Below, in pieces: positions 9,610-20,222 of a stretch of 64,000 nucleotides of DNA. The notes beneath the pieces are model-generated. The model was not told where the DNA came from. It did not search any database and was given only the letters and a program-made list of their open reading frames with translations. A program made the translations under genes and the position numbers. This stretch comes from Bacteroidota bacterium (lineage in GTDB: Bacteria; Bacteroidota; Bacteroidia; Chitinophagales; Chitinophagaceae). Location: NCBI GenBank assembly GCA_039805185.1, contig JBDLUU010000081.1, forward strand, positions 11,766 to 75,765. The letters run 5' to 3'. Positions within the stretch are counted from its first letter, which is position 1. Every line of letters starts with the position of its first letter.

Positions 9610-11295
9610 TTATAAACCTAAATGATGTTTGGCTGCTGTTTCTTTGGCAATTTCATATCCGGCATCTGCATGTCTGATGACTCCAATGCCCGGATCGTTG
9701 CGTAACACCCTTGCCAGTCTTGCTTCTGCGGCATCGGTTCCATCAGCAACAATCACCATGCCTGCATGAATGGAATAGCCCATTCCTACCCCGCCACCAT
9801 GATGCAGGGATACCCAGCTGGCACCTCCGGCAGTATTCATCAGCGCATTTAAAATAGGCCAGTCTGCAACGGCATCGGAACCATCCATCATGGCTTCTGT
9901 TTCTCTGTTGGGAGAAGCAACAGAACCAGTATCCAGATGGTCTCTTCCAATAACAATTGGGGCTTTTACTTTTCCGGTTCTTACCAGTTCATTAAAAGCC
10001 AATCCAGCTTTTTCTCTTTCGCCTTGTCCCAGCCAACAGATCCTGGCAGGCAGTCCCTGGAAGGCAATTTTTTCTTTTGCCATTTTCATCCAGCGTTGCA
10101 TGCTTTTGTTTTCAGGAAACAGATCTTGTATTACCTGATCGGTCAATGCAATGTCCGCAGGATCACCGCTTAAGGCAGCCCATCTGAATGGCCCCTTTCC
10201 TTCACAGAATAAAGGACGGATATAGGCAGGCACAAATCCGGGAAAATCAAAAGATCTTCCGGCAGCATAGGGCAATGTATTTCCTTTTGCCGTTTGCAGT
10301 GCTTCGTATTCTTCTGCTCTGGCTCTGATATTATTTCCATAATCAAAAGTGATGGCCCCCTTGTCCATTAACTGCAACATCAGTTGCACATGTAAATACA
10401 TGCTTGCATAACTCTTTGCTATATATCCTTCGGGATCAGAAACGCGCATTTTTGCAGCGTCCTCGTTACTCATATCATGCGGCGTATAACCTATCAACGG
10501 ATCATGTGCAGATGTCTGATCGGTTAAGGTATCCGGAATAATATTTCTATTGATTAAAGCAGCTAATAAATCCACTGCATTGCACAACACCCCAATACTT
10601 TTCGCTTCTCCCCTTGCTCTGTAAACCAGGGCCTGATCAATGGCTGTATTAATGTCCGTATATTTTTCATCAAGGTACCTGGTCTCTACTCTTTTATCGA
10701 TGCGCCATTCTTCTACTTCGGCAATTAATGCCACACCTTCGTTCATGGTAATGGCCAGCGGTTGTGCTCCCCCCATACCGCCTAAACCTGCCGTTACATT
10801 TAGGGTGCCATTTAAGGTTCCGCCAAAATGTTTATCAGCAATGGCTGCATAGGTTTCAAAAGTTCCCTGCACAATGCCCTGCGAGCCAATATAAATCCAG
10901 CTGCCTGCAGTCATTTGTCCATACATCATCAGCCCCTTCTGTTCCAGTTCTGTAAAATGTTTCCAGTTGGCCCAGTTGGGAACCAGTTGCGAATTACTAA
11001 TGAGTACCCTTGGGGCATCTGCATGCGTGCGCATAATGCCCACCGGTTTGCCACTCTGAATCAATAAAGACTCATCATTCTCCATCGATTTCAAGGCAGC
11101 GATAATGGCATCCAGTGCTTCAAAATTCCGGGCGGCTTTTCCTCTTCCGCCATACACAATTAAATCTTCGGGACGCTCTGCTACTGCAGGATCCAGGTTG
11201 TTCAGCAACATCCGTAAAGCAGCTTCCTGTATCCAGCTTTTACAGGAAAGTTCACTACCTGTTGGCGTTTTGTACTTGTTGTAATGGTAAGACAT
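9610..11295 (-). CDS. hutU: Urocanate hydratase
   Basis: [59 protein letters not shown]. Confidence 0.97.
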   Translation of the reverse strand: MSYHYNKYKTPTGSELSCKSWIQEAALRMLLNNLDPAVAERPEDLIVYGGRGKAARNFEALDAIIAALKSMENDESLLIQSGKPVGIMRTHADAPRVLISNSQLVPNWANWKHFTELEQKGLMMYGQMTAGSWIYIGSQGIVQGTFETYAAIADKHFGGTLNGTLNVTAGLGGMGGAQPLAITMNEGVALIAEVEEWRIDKRVETRYLDEKYTDINTAIDQALVYRARGEAKSIGVLCNAVDLLAALINRNIIPDTLTDQTSAHDPLIGYTPHDMSNEDAAKMRVSDPEGYIAKSYASMYLHVQLMLQLMDKGAITFDYGNNIRARAEEYEALQTAKGNTLPYAAGRSFDFPGFVPAYIRPLFCEGKGPFRWAALSGDPADIALTDQVIQDLFPENKSMQRWMKMAKEKIAFQGLPARICWLGQGEREKAGLAFNELVRTGKVKAPIVIGRDHLDTGSVASPNRETEAMMDGSDAVADWPILNALMNTAGGASWVSLHHGGGVGMGYSIHAGMVIVADGTDAAEARLARVLRNDPGIGVIRHADAGYEIAKETAAKHHLGL

Positions 11296-11351
11296 GGCAA
11301 TCTTTTGGCAATCGTTAAAAAATAAGTAATAGATAAGGCTTACAATGCTGG

Positions 11352-11663
11352 TTAATACACCAGGTCTTCATAGGCCGCTTGTAACTCATTATAGGCATGC
11401 TGATCTTTGGCTGCCTTGGCTGCGGCCATCCCCTTTTCGTACCAGGAAACAGCAGCCTCATTTTCTCCTGTTCTTTCCAGCAATTTGGCCAGATGATAAT
11501 AGGAACCAATATAATCAGGGGCATCAGAAAGAATGGCTTCAAATAACTGACGGGCTTTGGCATCCTCCCCAATTTTAATCCACTCCAGTGCCAGTGCATG
11601 CCGTAAAAAAAGATCAGAAGGATTTTCTTTCAGCATTTCTTGAATTCGCTCTATTCTGTTCAT
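11352..11663 (-). CDS. Small TPR-repeat protein
   Basis: [14 protein letters not shown]...[16 protein letters not shown]-like helices. Confidence 0.8.
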   Translation of the reverse strand: MNRIERIQEMLKENPSDLFLRHALALEWIKIGEDAKARQLFEAILSDAPDYIGSYYHLAKLLERTGENEAAVSWYEKGMAAAKAAKDQHAYNELQAAYEDLVY

Positions 11664-11697
11664 GCAACTAAAGTATGAAATTCCGTAGTTTTACAAG

Positions 11698-11868
11698 GTG
11701 GAAAAAGACCAACACAAAGAAGACGAAAAAGAACTAGACAGAGCCCTCTCCAATGAAGCTTTGTCTAAGATGGACAATCCATTAACAAATACAGAACTGG
11801 CTGCCCTAGCGGCGTTTTTTGCAAAAGAAAGTAAGAAAGAAGCAGAGAAGTCCGCTGATAAGGAATGA
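11698..11868 (+). CDS. Candidate 56-aa charged small protein (below ORF-track cutoff)
   Basis: GTG...TGA ORF read manually: VEKDQHKEDEKELDRALSNEALSKMDNPLTNTELAALAAFFAKESKKEAEKSADKE. Confidence 0.4.
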   Translation: MEKDQHKEDEKELDRALSNEALSKMDNPLTNTELAALAAFFAKESKKEAEKSADKE

Positions 11869-11927
11869 CCCTGGAAACTTTTTGGTTATTTTTTGGTTAA
11901 ATACAAACAGTTATTAGTTTCTCATAG

Positions 11928-11935
11928 TATATTTG
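11928..11935 (+). promoter_or_regulatory. Bacteroidota primary-sigma -7 box upstream of etfB
   Basis: TATATTTG matches TAnnTTTG. Confidence 0.45.
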
Positions 11936-11980
11936 TGATAGTTGCATAAACAACTATTTTAAAAGAAAAATTAGATCCAT

Positions 11981-12724
11981 ATGAAGATTTTAGTTTGTGT
12001 TAGCAAAACACCAGACACCACTGCCAAAATTGCCTTCACAGATGGCAATACCAAATTTGATGAAGCAGGCGTGCAATGGATTATTAATCCTTACGATGAA
12101 TGGTATTCATTGGTAAGAGCCATTGAGTTGAAGGAAGCCAATCCTGCTGCAACCATTCACCTGGTTACCGTTGGTAATGCAGATGCAGAACCCATCATCA
12201 GAAAGGCATTGGCCCTGGGTGGTGACGAAGCCATTCGTGTGAATACCGACAACAGTGATGCTTATTACATTGCTGCACAAATTGCGGAAGTAGCAAAGCA
12301 AGGTGGTTACGATTTGGTTTTTACCGGAAAGGAAACCATTGACTACAACGGATCTTCTATTGGAGGCATGATTGCAGAAATGATTGATGCTCCTTACATT
12401 TCATTGGCCACTAAATTCGATTTGAATGGAACTACTGCAACCGTAGTTCGTGAAATTGAAGGCGGAGAAGAAACAGCGGAAGTGGCTTTACCCCTTGTGG
12501 TAAGTTGCCAGAAAGGTGTGGCTGAACAGCGCATTCCGAACATGCGTGGGATCATGGCTGCCAGAACCAAACCATTGAAAGTGGTTGAACCTGCTGCAGT
12601 AGATGCCTTAACCACTGTTGTGAGCTTTGAATTGCCTCCTGCAAAAGCCGGAGTTAAACTGGTAGCACCAGACAACGTAGAAGAGCTGGTAAGATTATTA
12701 CACGAAGAAGCAAAAGCCATCTAA
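11981..12724 (+). CDS. etfB: Electron transfer flavoprotein beta subunit
   Basis: MKILVCVSKTPD, INPYDE, ALALGGD, GKETID, RIPNMRGIM. Confidence 0.95.
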   Translation: MKILVCVSKTPDTTAKIAFTDGNTKFDEAGVQWIINPYDEWYSLVRAIELKEANPAATIHLVTVGNADAEPIIRKALALGGDEAIRVNTDNSDAYYIAAQIAEVAKQGGYDLVFTGKETIDYNGSSIGGMIAEMIDAPYISLATKFDLNGTTATVVREIEGGEETAEVALPLVVSCQKGVAEQRIPNMRGIMAARTKPLKVVEPAAVDALTTVVSFELPPAKAGVKLVAPDNVEELVRLLHEEAKAI

Positions 12725-12769
12725 ATTTTCAAAGCATGTAAATGCTTTTAACCTATCAAATTGTACAAT

Positions 12770-13735
12770 ATGTCAGTTTTAATATTTATCGATCAAACAG
12801 AAGGTCATGTAAAAAAATCTTCTTTGGAAGCCATCACTTATGGTGCTGATCTTGCCAAACAAATGGGCACTACAGCAGAAGGTGTTGTGTTGGGAACTGT
12901 TACCGAAGATTTATCTGCATTGGGTAAATACGGGGTAACCAAAATTCATCAGGTGGCCAATGATACCTTGAATCACCTGGATGCACAATTGTATGCAAGT
13001 GTGATTAGTGAAGCAGCCACTGCAAGTGGGGCCAATGTAATAGTATTCTCTCATAACCAGACGGGTAAAGCAGTTGCCGCAAGAGTAGCTGCAAAACTAA
13101 AAGCAGGATTGGTTGCTGGTGCTTGTGCACTTCCGGATACCAGCAATGGTTTCGTAGTAAAGAAAACTGTTTTCTCTGGTAAGGCTTTTGCCAATATCAG
13201 TATACAGTCTCCGGTGAAAGTCATTTCATTGAATCCTAATTCCTATAAAACTGTTGCCACTGAAGGGACAGCTGCTGTTGCTGCTTTTGCTGCAACCGTA
13301 GGTCAGCCTCGCGTTAAAGTAACTACTGTAAATAAAATAACAGGTGAAGTGCCATTAACAGAAGCAGATATTGTGGTAAGTGGTGGTCGTGGTTTAAAAG
13401 GACCAGAAAACTGGGGCATCTTGTTAGAACTTGCCAAAGAGTTGGGTGCAGCTACTGCCTGTAGCCGTCCTGTAGGAGATGCGCATTGGAGACCTCACCA
13501 TGAGCATGTTGGACAAACCGGAGTTCAGGTTGCTCCTAACCTATACATTGCCATTGGTATTTCCGGTGCTATTCAGCACCTGGCAGGTGTAAACCGCTCC
13601 AAGGTAATTGTAGTAATAAATAAAGATCCTGAAGCACCATTCTTTAAAGCAGCCGATTACGGTATTGTAGGAGATGCTTTTGAAGTGGTTCCTCAGTTAA
13701 CCGCTGCAATTAAAAAAATAAAAGCAGGCGCTTAA
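12770..13735 (+). CDS. etfA: Electron transfer flavoprotein alpha subunit
   Basis: [37 protein letters not shown]. Confidence 0.95.
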   Translation: MSVLIFIDQTEGHVKKSSLEAITYGADLAKQMGTTAEGVVLGTVTEDLSALGKYGVTKIHQVANDTLNHLDAQLYASVISEAATASGANVIVFSHNQTGKAVAARVAAKLKAGLVAGACALPDTSNGFVVKKTVFSGKAFANISIQSPVKVISLNPNSYKTVATEGTAAVAAFAATVGQPRVKVTTVNKITGEVPLTEADIVVSGGRGLKGPENWGILLELAKELGAATACSRPVGDAHWRPHHEHVGQTGVQVAPNLYIAIGISGAIQHLAGVNRSKVIVVINKDPEAPFFKAADYGIVGDAFEVVPQLTAAIKKIKAGA

Positions 13736-14076
13736 CCTAAATTGAATCCACCTTTTTCTCGATAGTCTTCACGCACAGGCGTGAAGACATCGAGTATAAA
13801 ACAATCCGTTATTGCTCTTCCACTATGTAAGGCATTGGAGGGGATCACAAAAACCTGACCAGGACTCAGTTCATACGGAACATTTTCTACGGTCAGTTCA
13901 AATTTACCTTCCAGTATATAAGACACCTGTTCCTGCGGATGCGAATGTTTCGGCAACACCGCTCCTGCTTTGGCTTTCACATGAGAGTAAGTGGCTTGTG
14001 CTGTATGGATAAACTGTGCATCGTATCCTTCTATTAAGTTACAGGAAGGAATATCATGAATATTGTATAAAGGCAT
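13732..14076 (-). CDS. Cupin domain protein
   Basis: HSHPQEQ...IPSNALHSG...[11 protein letters not shown]. Confidence 0.88.
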   Translation of the reverse strand: MPLYNIHDIPSCNLIEGYDAQFIHTAQATYSHVKAKAGAVLPKHSHPQEQVSYILEGKFELTVENVPYELSPGQVFVIPSNALHSGRAITDCFILDVFTPVREDYREKGGFNLG

Positions 14077-14115
14077 ATCTAGTATTTAGCTTCGTAATAT
14101 GCATAAAAATTTGGG

Positions 14116-14123
14116 TAAATTTG
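14116..14123 (+). promoter_or_regulatory. Primary-sigma -7 box
   Basis: TAAATTTG 5 nt before ATG 14129. Confidence 0.5.
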
Positions 14124-14128
14124 CCGCC

Positions 14129-14434
14129 ATGCAAAAAACAACAAAGCAAAACCATCCACTTTTTACTGCCATTGGTTACGCAGAAGGAATTTCATTATTG
14201 GTTTTATTGTCGATTGCCATGCCCTTAAAATACCTGGCTGGTTATCCCCTGGCCGTTAAATATACCGGCTGGGCACATGGTCTTTTATTTGTGATGTATC
14301 TGGCTTTGGCCTTATGGGTGAAAGATCAGTCCAATTGGCCTTTCCGCTACCTGATCTATGCATTTCTGGCCGCATTTTTCCCATTTGGAACTTTCTATTT
14401 TGATAAATGGCTGAAGAAACAGCAGCGGGCATAA
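14129..14434 (+). CDS. DUF3817 membrane protein
   Basis: AEGISLLVLL.IAMPLKY, GWAHGLLF, PFGTFY; start inferred from promoter box. Confidence 0.85.
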   Translation: MQKTTKQNHPLFTAIGYAEGISLLVLLSIAMPLKYLAGYPLAVKYTGWAHGLLFVMYLALALWVKDQSNWPFRYLIYAFLAAFFPFGTFYFDKWLKKQQRA

Positions 14435-14469
14435 ATCATTCGCTTTTTTGAGTTAATTTAGCAAACACT

Positions 14470-15063
14470 ATGAAGAAGATTGAACTGGAAATTGTTGCAC
14501 TTTCACATAGCATTACACAGACACACTCTTATGCAGTTGTGCTGGGTGAAGTAAACGGACTTCGACGTCTGCCCATTGTCATTGGTGGTTTTGAAGCACA
14601 GGCCATTGCTGTGGCTTTGGAAAATATGCATCCCAGCAGACCACTGACCCACGACCTGATGAAAAACTTCATGAATGCCTTTGGTGTAGAATTACAGGAG
14701 ATCATCATCAATGATTTACAGGAAGGAATTTTTTATTCAAAACTGGTTTGTTATACTGATAATGATACGGTTGAAATAGACAGCAGAACCAGCGATGCAC
14801 TGGCATTGGCAGTTCGTTTTGGCTGCCCCATTTTCACTTACGATAATATTCTGGAATCCGCCGGCATTGCCCTGGAGGAAGGTGGTGCAGCAAAACCCAA
14901 AATGGAAGCAGTGGGTATAGAAGAACCTGTCAGCAGCAGCGACCGTTCCGACTTAAGTTCCCTGAACATTGAAGAGCTCAACAATCTTTTGAATGAAGTA
15001 CTAGAGCAGGAAGATTATATCAGAGCCATTGCCATTCGCGATGAATTGAAAAAAAGAAAATAG
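14470..15063 (+). CDS. Bifunctional nuclease family protein (DUF151) with C-terminal UvrB/C motif
   Basis: RRLPIVIGGFEAQAIA, RPLTHDL, DSRTSDALALA; EQEDYIRAIAIRDE tail. Confidence 0.9.
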   Translation: MKKIELEIVALSHSITQTHSYAVVLGEVNGLRRLPIVIGGFEAQAIAVALENMHPSRPLTHDLMKNFMNAFGVELQEIIINDLQEGIFYSKLVCYTDNDTVEIDSRTSDALALAVRFGCPIFTYDNILESAGIALEEGGAAKPKMEAVGIEEPVSSSDRSDLSSLNIEELNNLLNEVLEQEDYIRAIAIRDELKKRK

Positions 15064-15081
15064 TGCATTGCACTAAACCTT

Positions 15082-15888
15082 ATGGTTGTTTTTCCCAATT
15101 GTAAAATAAATCTTGGATTACACATTACGGGTAAAAGACCGGATGGCTTTCATTCATTGGAAACTGTTTTTTATCCTGTTGCCCTGACGGATGTGCTGGA
15201 AATGATTACAGCCGATGCTGTTTCATTTCAATCCACAGGACTTCCCATACCAGGCGCTGCAGACAACAATCTTTGTTTGAAAGCCTACCATCTTTTAAAA
15301 AAAGACTTTCCAGATCTGCCACCTGTGCAAATGCATTTGCACAAAAACATTCCCATGGGCGCTGGTCTGGGTGGAGGCAGTGCTGATGGCGCATTTACTT
15401 TACAATTAATCAATAATAAATACAAACTGGGACTAAGTGCTGAACAACTCATAGCTTACGCCGCACAATTAGGCAGTGACTGTCCTTTTTTTATTCTCAA
15501 TCAAGCCTGTTATGCAACGGGAAGAGGGGAAATTCTGAAGCCTGTTTCTCTCGATTTATTCGGATGGCATTTTGTACTGGTGAATCCGGGCATACATGTG
15601 AATACGAAGTGGGCATTCGAACAAATTACACCAAGTCCTTCGGGCAAAGACCTTTTATCGATTATTCAATCCCCTGTAGAAGAGTGGAAAAAGTCACTTA
15701 GTAATGACTTTGAAGCGCCCATCGCTAAAGCATACCCTGCCATTCAGGAAATCAAGGATCAGTTATATGCATTAGGCGCAAGCTATGCGGCTATGAGCGG
15801 AAGCGGATCCACTTTGTTTGGACTATTCAAACAAAAGCCAGATTCTTCTGTAAAAGAACATTTTAAAGGAATTGTATACTTGGTATAA
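15082..15888 (+). CDS. ispE: 4-diphosphocytidyl-2-C-methyl-D-erythritol kinase
   Basis: PNCKINLGL, KNIPMGAGLGGGSAD, LGSDCPFF, MSGSGST. Confidence 0.95.
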   Translation: MVVFPNCKINLGLHITGKRPDGFHSLETVFYPVALTDVLEMITADAVSFQSTGLPIPGAADNNLCLKAYHLLKKDFPDLPPVQMHLHKNIPMGAGLGGGSADGAFTLQLINNKYKLGLSAEQLIAYAAQLGSDCPFFILNQACYATGRGEILKPVSLDLFGWHFVLVNPGIHVNTKWAFEQITPSPSGKDLLSIIQSPVEEWKKSLSNDFEAPIAKAYPAIQEIKDQLYALGASYAAMSGSGSTLFGLFKQKPDSSVKEHFKGIVYLV

Positions 15889-15975
15889 ATAACAATCTCA
15901 CTCGTCTTTTTTTCAGTAATTTGGTTCAGAGTGCTTACAATATTAACCCACACCGGAATGGAAAATTAACGAATA

Positions 15976-16728
15976 ATGATTAAGAAAGGACTACTGTTTA
16001 TTTTTTCCATTTATGCACTGATCACATTTATAATCGTAATGCTGCTGGTCTTTCCTTTTGCCATGCTCGCAGCAACGGCAGGTAAAATCAGAGGCGGGAA
16101 TTGGGTATATCGTTGCTGCCGGGTATGGGCTCAATTATGGTATTATACCATTGGCGTAGTGCACGAAGAAATATATGAGCACCCTCACGATACCAGCAGG
16201 CAGTATATTTTTGTTGCCAACCATATTTCCTATATGGACATCCCCCCGATTGTACTGGCCATTCACCAGCCCATGCGGGCATTAGGGAAATATGAAATGG
16301 TAAAAGTCCCTGTATTTGGCTGGATCTATAAAGCAGCTGTAATTCTGGTAAACAGACGAAACGCTACCAAAAGAGCACAAAGTGTAAGAGCTTTAAAAGC
16401 GGCCATCAAAAACAATATCTCTATTATCATTTTTCCTGAGGGCACTTTTAATGAAAACAGACAACCGCTTAAGTCCTTCTTTGATGGCGCTTTCAGAATT
16501 GCCATAGAAACACAAACCCCAATCAAGCCTTTATTACTTGTAGATACACTCAAGAGGTTACACTATCGGTCTGTCTTTGAAATGACTCCCGGGCAAAACA
16601 GGGTGGTTTATCTGGAAGAAGTTCCCGTAAAAGGACTCACCATGGAAGACCTGCCTGCATTAAAAGACCGTGTGTATAAAATGATGGAAGGAGGTTTAAA
16701 ACGATATAACAGTTATCCAACGCCATAA
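15976..16728 (+). CDS. 1-acyl-sn-glycerol-3-phosphate acyltransferase family
   Basis: NHISYMD (HxxxxD), FPEGT. Confidence 0.88.
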   Translation: MIKKGLLFIFSIYALITFIIVMLLVFPFAMLAATAGKIRGGNWVYRCCRVWAQLWYYTIGVVHEEIYEHPHDTSRQYIFVANHISYMDIPPIVLAIHQPMRALGKYEMVKVPVFGWIYKAAVILVNRRNATKRAQSVRALKAAIKNNISIIIFPEGTFNENRQPLKSFFDGAFRIAIETQTPIKPLLLVDTLKRLHYRSVFEMTPGQNRVVYLEEVPVKGLTMEDLPALKDRVYKMMEGGLKRYNSYPTP

Positions 16729-16744
16729 CTGTATTTTTGCTGTA

Positions 16745-19198
16745 ATGAAGCCTTTGTTTGTTGAAGTCATTATTCCCCTTGCCCTACCTAAAAATTACAC
16801 ATGGAAGGTGCCTGAGCAATTTCAGGATTCCATTGCACCTGGCATTCGGGTAGAAGTGGCACTCAGAAAAAACAAACGATACGCCGGGATTGTAAAAAAA
16901 GTGCTGACCGAAATTCCTGATGGCTTACATCCCGCTCCGGTGCTGAATATTCTGGATACACAACCGGTTGTACACGCCGAACAATTACAGCTTTGGGAAT
17001 GGATTGCCCAATACTATATGTGTTCCGAAGGGGAAGTAATGCAAGCAGCCATTCCTGCCAATTTAAAATTGTCCAGCGAAAGTATCTTACAATGGAACGA
17101 AGAAAGAAGTCTTGATTTCAGCGACTTAACCGATGCAGAATTTATTGTAGCTGAAGCATTGGAGATTAAGGGAGAATTAAAGATCAGCGAAGTACAGCAA
17201 TTACTAGACACGCATAACACTTATCCGGTTGTTAAAAAACTGGTAGAGAAAGGGGTTTGTTATGTGTGGGAGGAGCTGAAAGAAAAATACAAACAAAAAA
17301 CCGAGACCTATATTCTGCTGCACCCGCAATATGCAAAAGAGGAGCAACTGGAACAACTTTTAAATAACTGGAGCAGGGCCCCCAAGCAAATGGAACTCTT
17401 ACTGGCCTATTTACATTTAAAAAACACAACCGGTATTGTTACCCAGGCAGAACTGCTGAAAAAGTCAAGTGCCAGCGCAGCACAATTAAAGGGCCTGATT
17501 GAAAAAAGAATTCTGTTAGCAGAAAAAAGAAATACTGACAGACTGCCTTCGCTTCCCAAACTATTGCAACTGGATTTTACGCTTTCTCCTGCACAGGAAA
17601 AAGCATTGGAAGAAATTCGGTCAACTTTTGAAAATAAACCCGTTTGTTTATTACACGGCATTACCGCAAGCGGTAAAACGCAGATCTACATGAAGCTCAT
17701 AGAAGAGCAGATTCAAGCCGGCAAACAGGTATTATACCTCTTACCTGAAATTGCTTTAACTGCTCAGATGATTCGCAGATTGCAAAAAAGTCTGGGAGGG
17801 CATATAGCTATTTACCATTCCAAATTCAATCCCAACGAAAGAGTTGAAATATGGAATAAAATCAATTCAGGAGAAACCAAGGTGGTCCTGGGTGCCAGGT
17901 CAGCCATGTATTTGCCTTTTAACAATCTGGGAATGATTATTTGCGACGAAGAACACGATGCGTCTTACAAGCAACAGGACCCTGCTCCCAGATACCATAG
18001 CAGAGACACAGCCATATATTACGCCTCTCTGTTTAAAGCCAAAGTATTGCTGGGTTCCGCTACCCCATCTGTTGAAAGCTATTACAATGTAGAGCAGGGA
18101 AAATACGGCCTGGTAACATTGACCGAACGATTTGCAGATGTAGCATTGCCGGAAATTCAACTGATCGATTTAAAAAAGATACCAGCGAAAGAAAGAAGCG
18201 CCCAACCCTTGACCAATGAATTACTGGCTGCCATTGACCAAACGCTAAAAGATAAGAAGCAAGTCATTCTCTTTCAAAACAGAAGAGGCTATGCACCTTA
18301 TCTGCTATGCGACACCTGCGGTTGGATTCCCCATTGCAACCACTGTGATGTTACACTCACGTTTCATAAGGCTAAACAGAAACTTTCCTGTCATTACTGT
18401 GGAACTATTTATCCCCTGGTTCAAACCTGCCATGCCTGCGGCAGTCATCATTTTATCCAGAAAAATTTCGGTACAGAAAAAATTGAAGAACTGGTAGCAG
18501 AAGCGTTTCCGGATGCAGTGATTGCCAGAATGGACTATGATACCATACGTGGCAAACACGATCATGATAATCTGATTAAACAATTTGAACAGCATAAAAT
18601 TGATATCCTGGTTGGGACACAGATGGTAGTGAAAGGGCTGGATTTTGAAAAAGTAAATTTAGTTGGGATTGTAGACGCTGATGGCATTTTGAATTTTACC
18701 GACTTCAGGGTAAATGAAAGGGCCTATCAGTTAATGGAACAGGTTAGCGGAAGAGCCGGCAGAAAAGATGGGCTGGGCAAAGTGTTGGTTCAGGTAAGCA
18801 ACCTGCATCATCCGGTTTTGCCCTTTGTGCAGCAACACCATTATCAGGGTTTGTATCAATTTGAAATTGCCAATAGAAAGGAATTTCACTACCCTCCTTT
18901 TACCAGACTGATTCAGGTTATTTTTAAACACAAAGACAAACAGATTGCAGAAGAAGCTGCCAATATTATGAAGCAGGGACTATTGCCACTATTTGGTCCA
19001 TATATCAACGGTCCTTCACAACCTGTTGTAGACAGAATCAGGAACCAATATCTTTGGGAGCTGCTGACAAAGCTACCCAAGGATGCAAAAACGGTTCAGT
19101 CCTGCAAAATAGCCATACAGCAACAAATGCTCATTCTGCATACGCATCAGCGATACAGATCCGTTCATATCATTCCCAATACCGACCCTGTTTATTAA
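16745..19198 (+). CDS. priA: Primosomal protein N'
   Basis: HGITASGKT, LLPEIALT, DEEHD, QNRRGY, two CxxC zinc-finger pairs, GTQMVVKGLDF. Confidence 0.96.
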   Translation: MKPLFVEVIIPLALPKNYTWKVPEQFQDSIAPGIRVEVALRKNKRYAGIVKKVLTEIPDGLHPAPVLNILDTQPVVHAEQLQLWEWIAQYYMCSEGEVMQAAIPANLKLSSESILQWNEERSLDFSDLTDAEFIVAEALEIKGELKISEVQQLLDTHNTYPVVKKLVEKGVCYVWEELKEKYKQKTETYILLHPQYAKEEQLEQLLNNWSRAPKQMELLLAYLHLKNTTGIVTQAELLKKSSASAAQLKGLIEKRILLAEKRNTDRLPSLPKLLQLDFTLSPAQEKALEEIRSTFENKPVCLLHGITASGKTQIYMKLIEEQIQAGKQVLYLLPEIALTAQMIRRLQKSLGGHIAIYHSKFNPNERVEIWNKINSGETKVVLGARSAMYLPFNNLGMIICDEEHDASYKQQDPAPRYHSRDTAIYYASLFKAKVLLGSATPSVESYYNVEQGKYGLVTLTERFADVALPEIQLIDLKKIPAKERSAQPLTNELLAAIDQTLKDKKQVILFQNRRGYAPYLLCDTCGWIPHCNHCDVTLTFHKAKQKLSCHYCGTIYPLVQTCHACGSHHFIQKNFGTEKIEELVAEAFPDAVIARMDYDTIRGKHDHDNLIKQFEQHKIDILVGTQMVVKGLDFEKVNLVGIVDADGILNFTDFRVNERAYQLMEQVSGRAGRKDGLGKVLVQVSNLHHPVLPFVQQHHYQGLYQFEIANRKEFHYPPFTRLIQVIFKHKDKQIAEEAANIMKQGLLPLFGPYINGPSQPVVDRIRNQYLWELLTKLPKDAKTVQSCKIAIQQQMLILHTHQRYRSVHIIPNTDPVY

Positions 19199-19199
19199 A

Positions 19200-20222
19200 A
19201 TGAAAAACATAGCAACAAATATTTCTTTACAACCCTACAATAGCTTTGGCATTGATGCATTGGCCAGACATTTTGTATCAGCAGAAAGTCTGGAAGAAAT
19301 ACAGGAAATATTGGATTGGAACAAAATACATCAGCAGCGATTGCTGGTTTTGGGCGGAGGCAGTAATGTATTGTTTACCCACGACTACGACGGTTTGGTT
19401 CTTCAGAATAATGTAAAGGGCATCAGTATCATTCAAGAAGATGACAACCATGTTTACATAAAAGCGATGGCAGGAGAAAACTGGCATTCCTTTGTGCAGT
19501 ACTGTGTAAATAACAAATACCAGGGAATTGAAAACCTGAGTCTGATACCAGGCAATGTGGGCGCTTCTCCCATGCAAAATATTGGCGCTTATGGCGTAGA
19601 AATCAAAGATGTATTCTACAGCCTGGAAGCCCTGCATCTACCAGATGGAGAGCTGGTTAATTTTACGCATAACCAATGCCGGTTTGGATACCGCGAAAGC
19701 ATTTTCAAACAATCCTTGCGCAATCAGTTCCTGATTGTTTCCGTAACGTTTAAATTAAGAAAGCGGCCTAAGTTCACGGTTAGTTATGGGAATATTGAAC
19801 AGGCACTGGAAGAAATGGGCGTTACCGAATTGAGCATTGAAGCCATTGCCAATGCGGTTATTAAAATACGCAGGAGCAAATTGCCTGATCCTTCAACCGT
19901 TGGCAATGCAGGTAGCTTTTTTAAGAATCCTGTCATCCATCAGACTTTTTACGAAGCACTGCAAAAATTATATCCCGGAATTCCTGGCTTTCCGGGAAAC
20001 GATAAGTTCATGACCAAAGTACCTGCTGCCTGGCTAATTGAACAAACAGGCTGGAAAGGATATAGAAAAGGAGATGCAGGATGTTATCCTATGCAACCAT
20101 TGGTACTGGTGAATTACGGAAAAGCAACCGGCACAGAAATCTATGCTTTGTCCAGTGAAATCATTGAGAGCGTTCAGGAAAAATTCGGTATCCTTTTAGA
20201 GAGAGAAGTGAATATTTACTGA
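19200..20222 (+). CDS. murB: UDP-N-acetylenolpyruvoylglucosamine reductase
   Basis: LGGGSNVLF, IPGNVGASPMQNIGAYG, FGYRESIFK, GNAGSFFKNP. Confidence 0.96.
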   Translation: MKNIATNISLQPYNSFGIDALARHFVSAESLEEIQEILDWNKIHQQRLLVLGGGSNVLFTHDYDGLVLQNNVKGISIIQEDDNHVYIKAMAGENWHSFVQYCVNNKYQGIENLSLIPGNVGASPMQNIGAYGVEIKDVFYSLEALHLPDGELVNFTHNQCRFGYRESIFKQSLRNQFLIVSVTFKLRKRPKFTVSYGNIEQALEEMGVTELSIEAIANAVIKIRRSKLPDPSTVGNAGSFFKNPVIHQTFYEALQKLYPGIPGFPGNDKFMTKVPAAWLIEQTGWKGYRKGDAGCYPMQPLVLVNYGKATGTEIYALSSEIIESVQEKFGILLEREVNIY

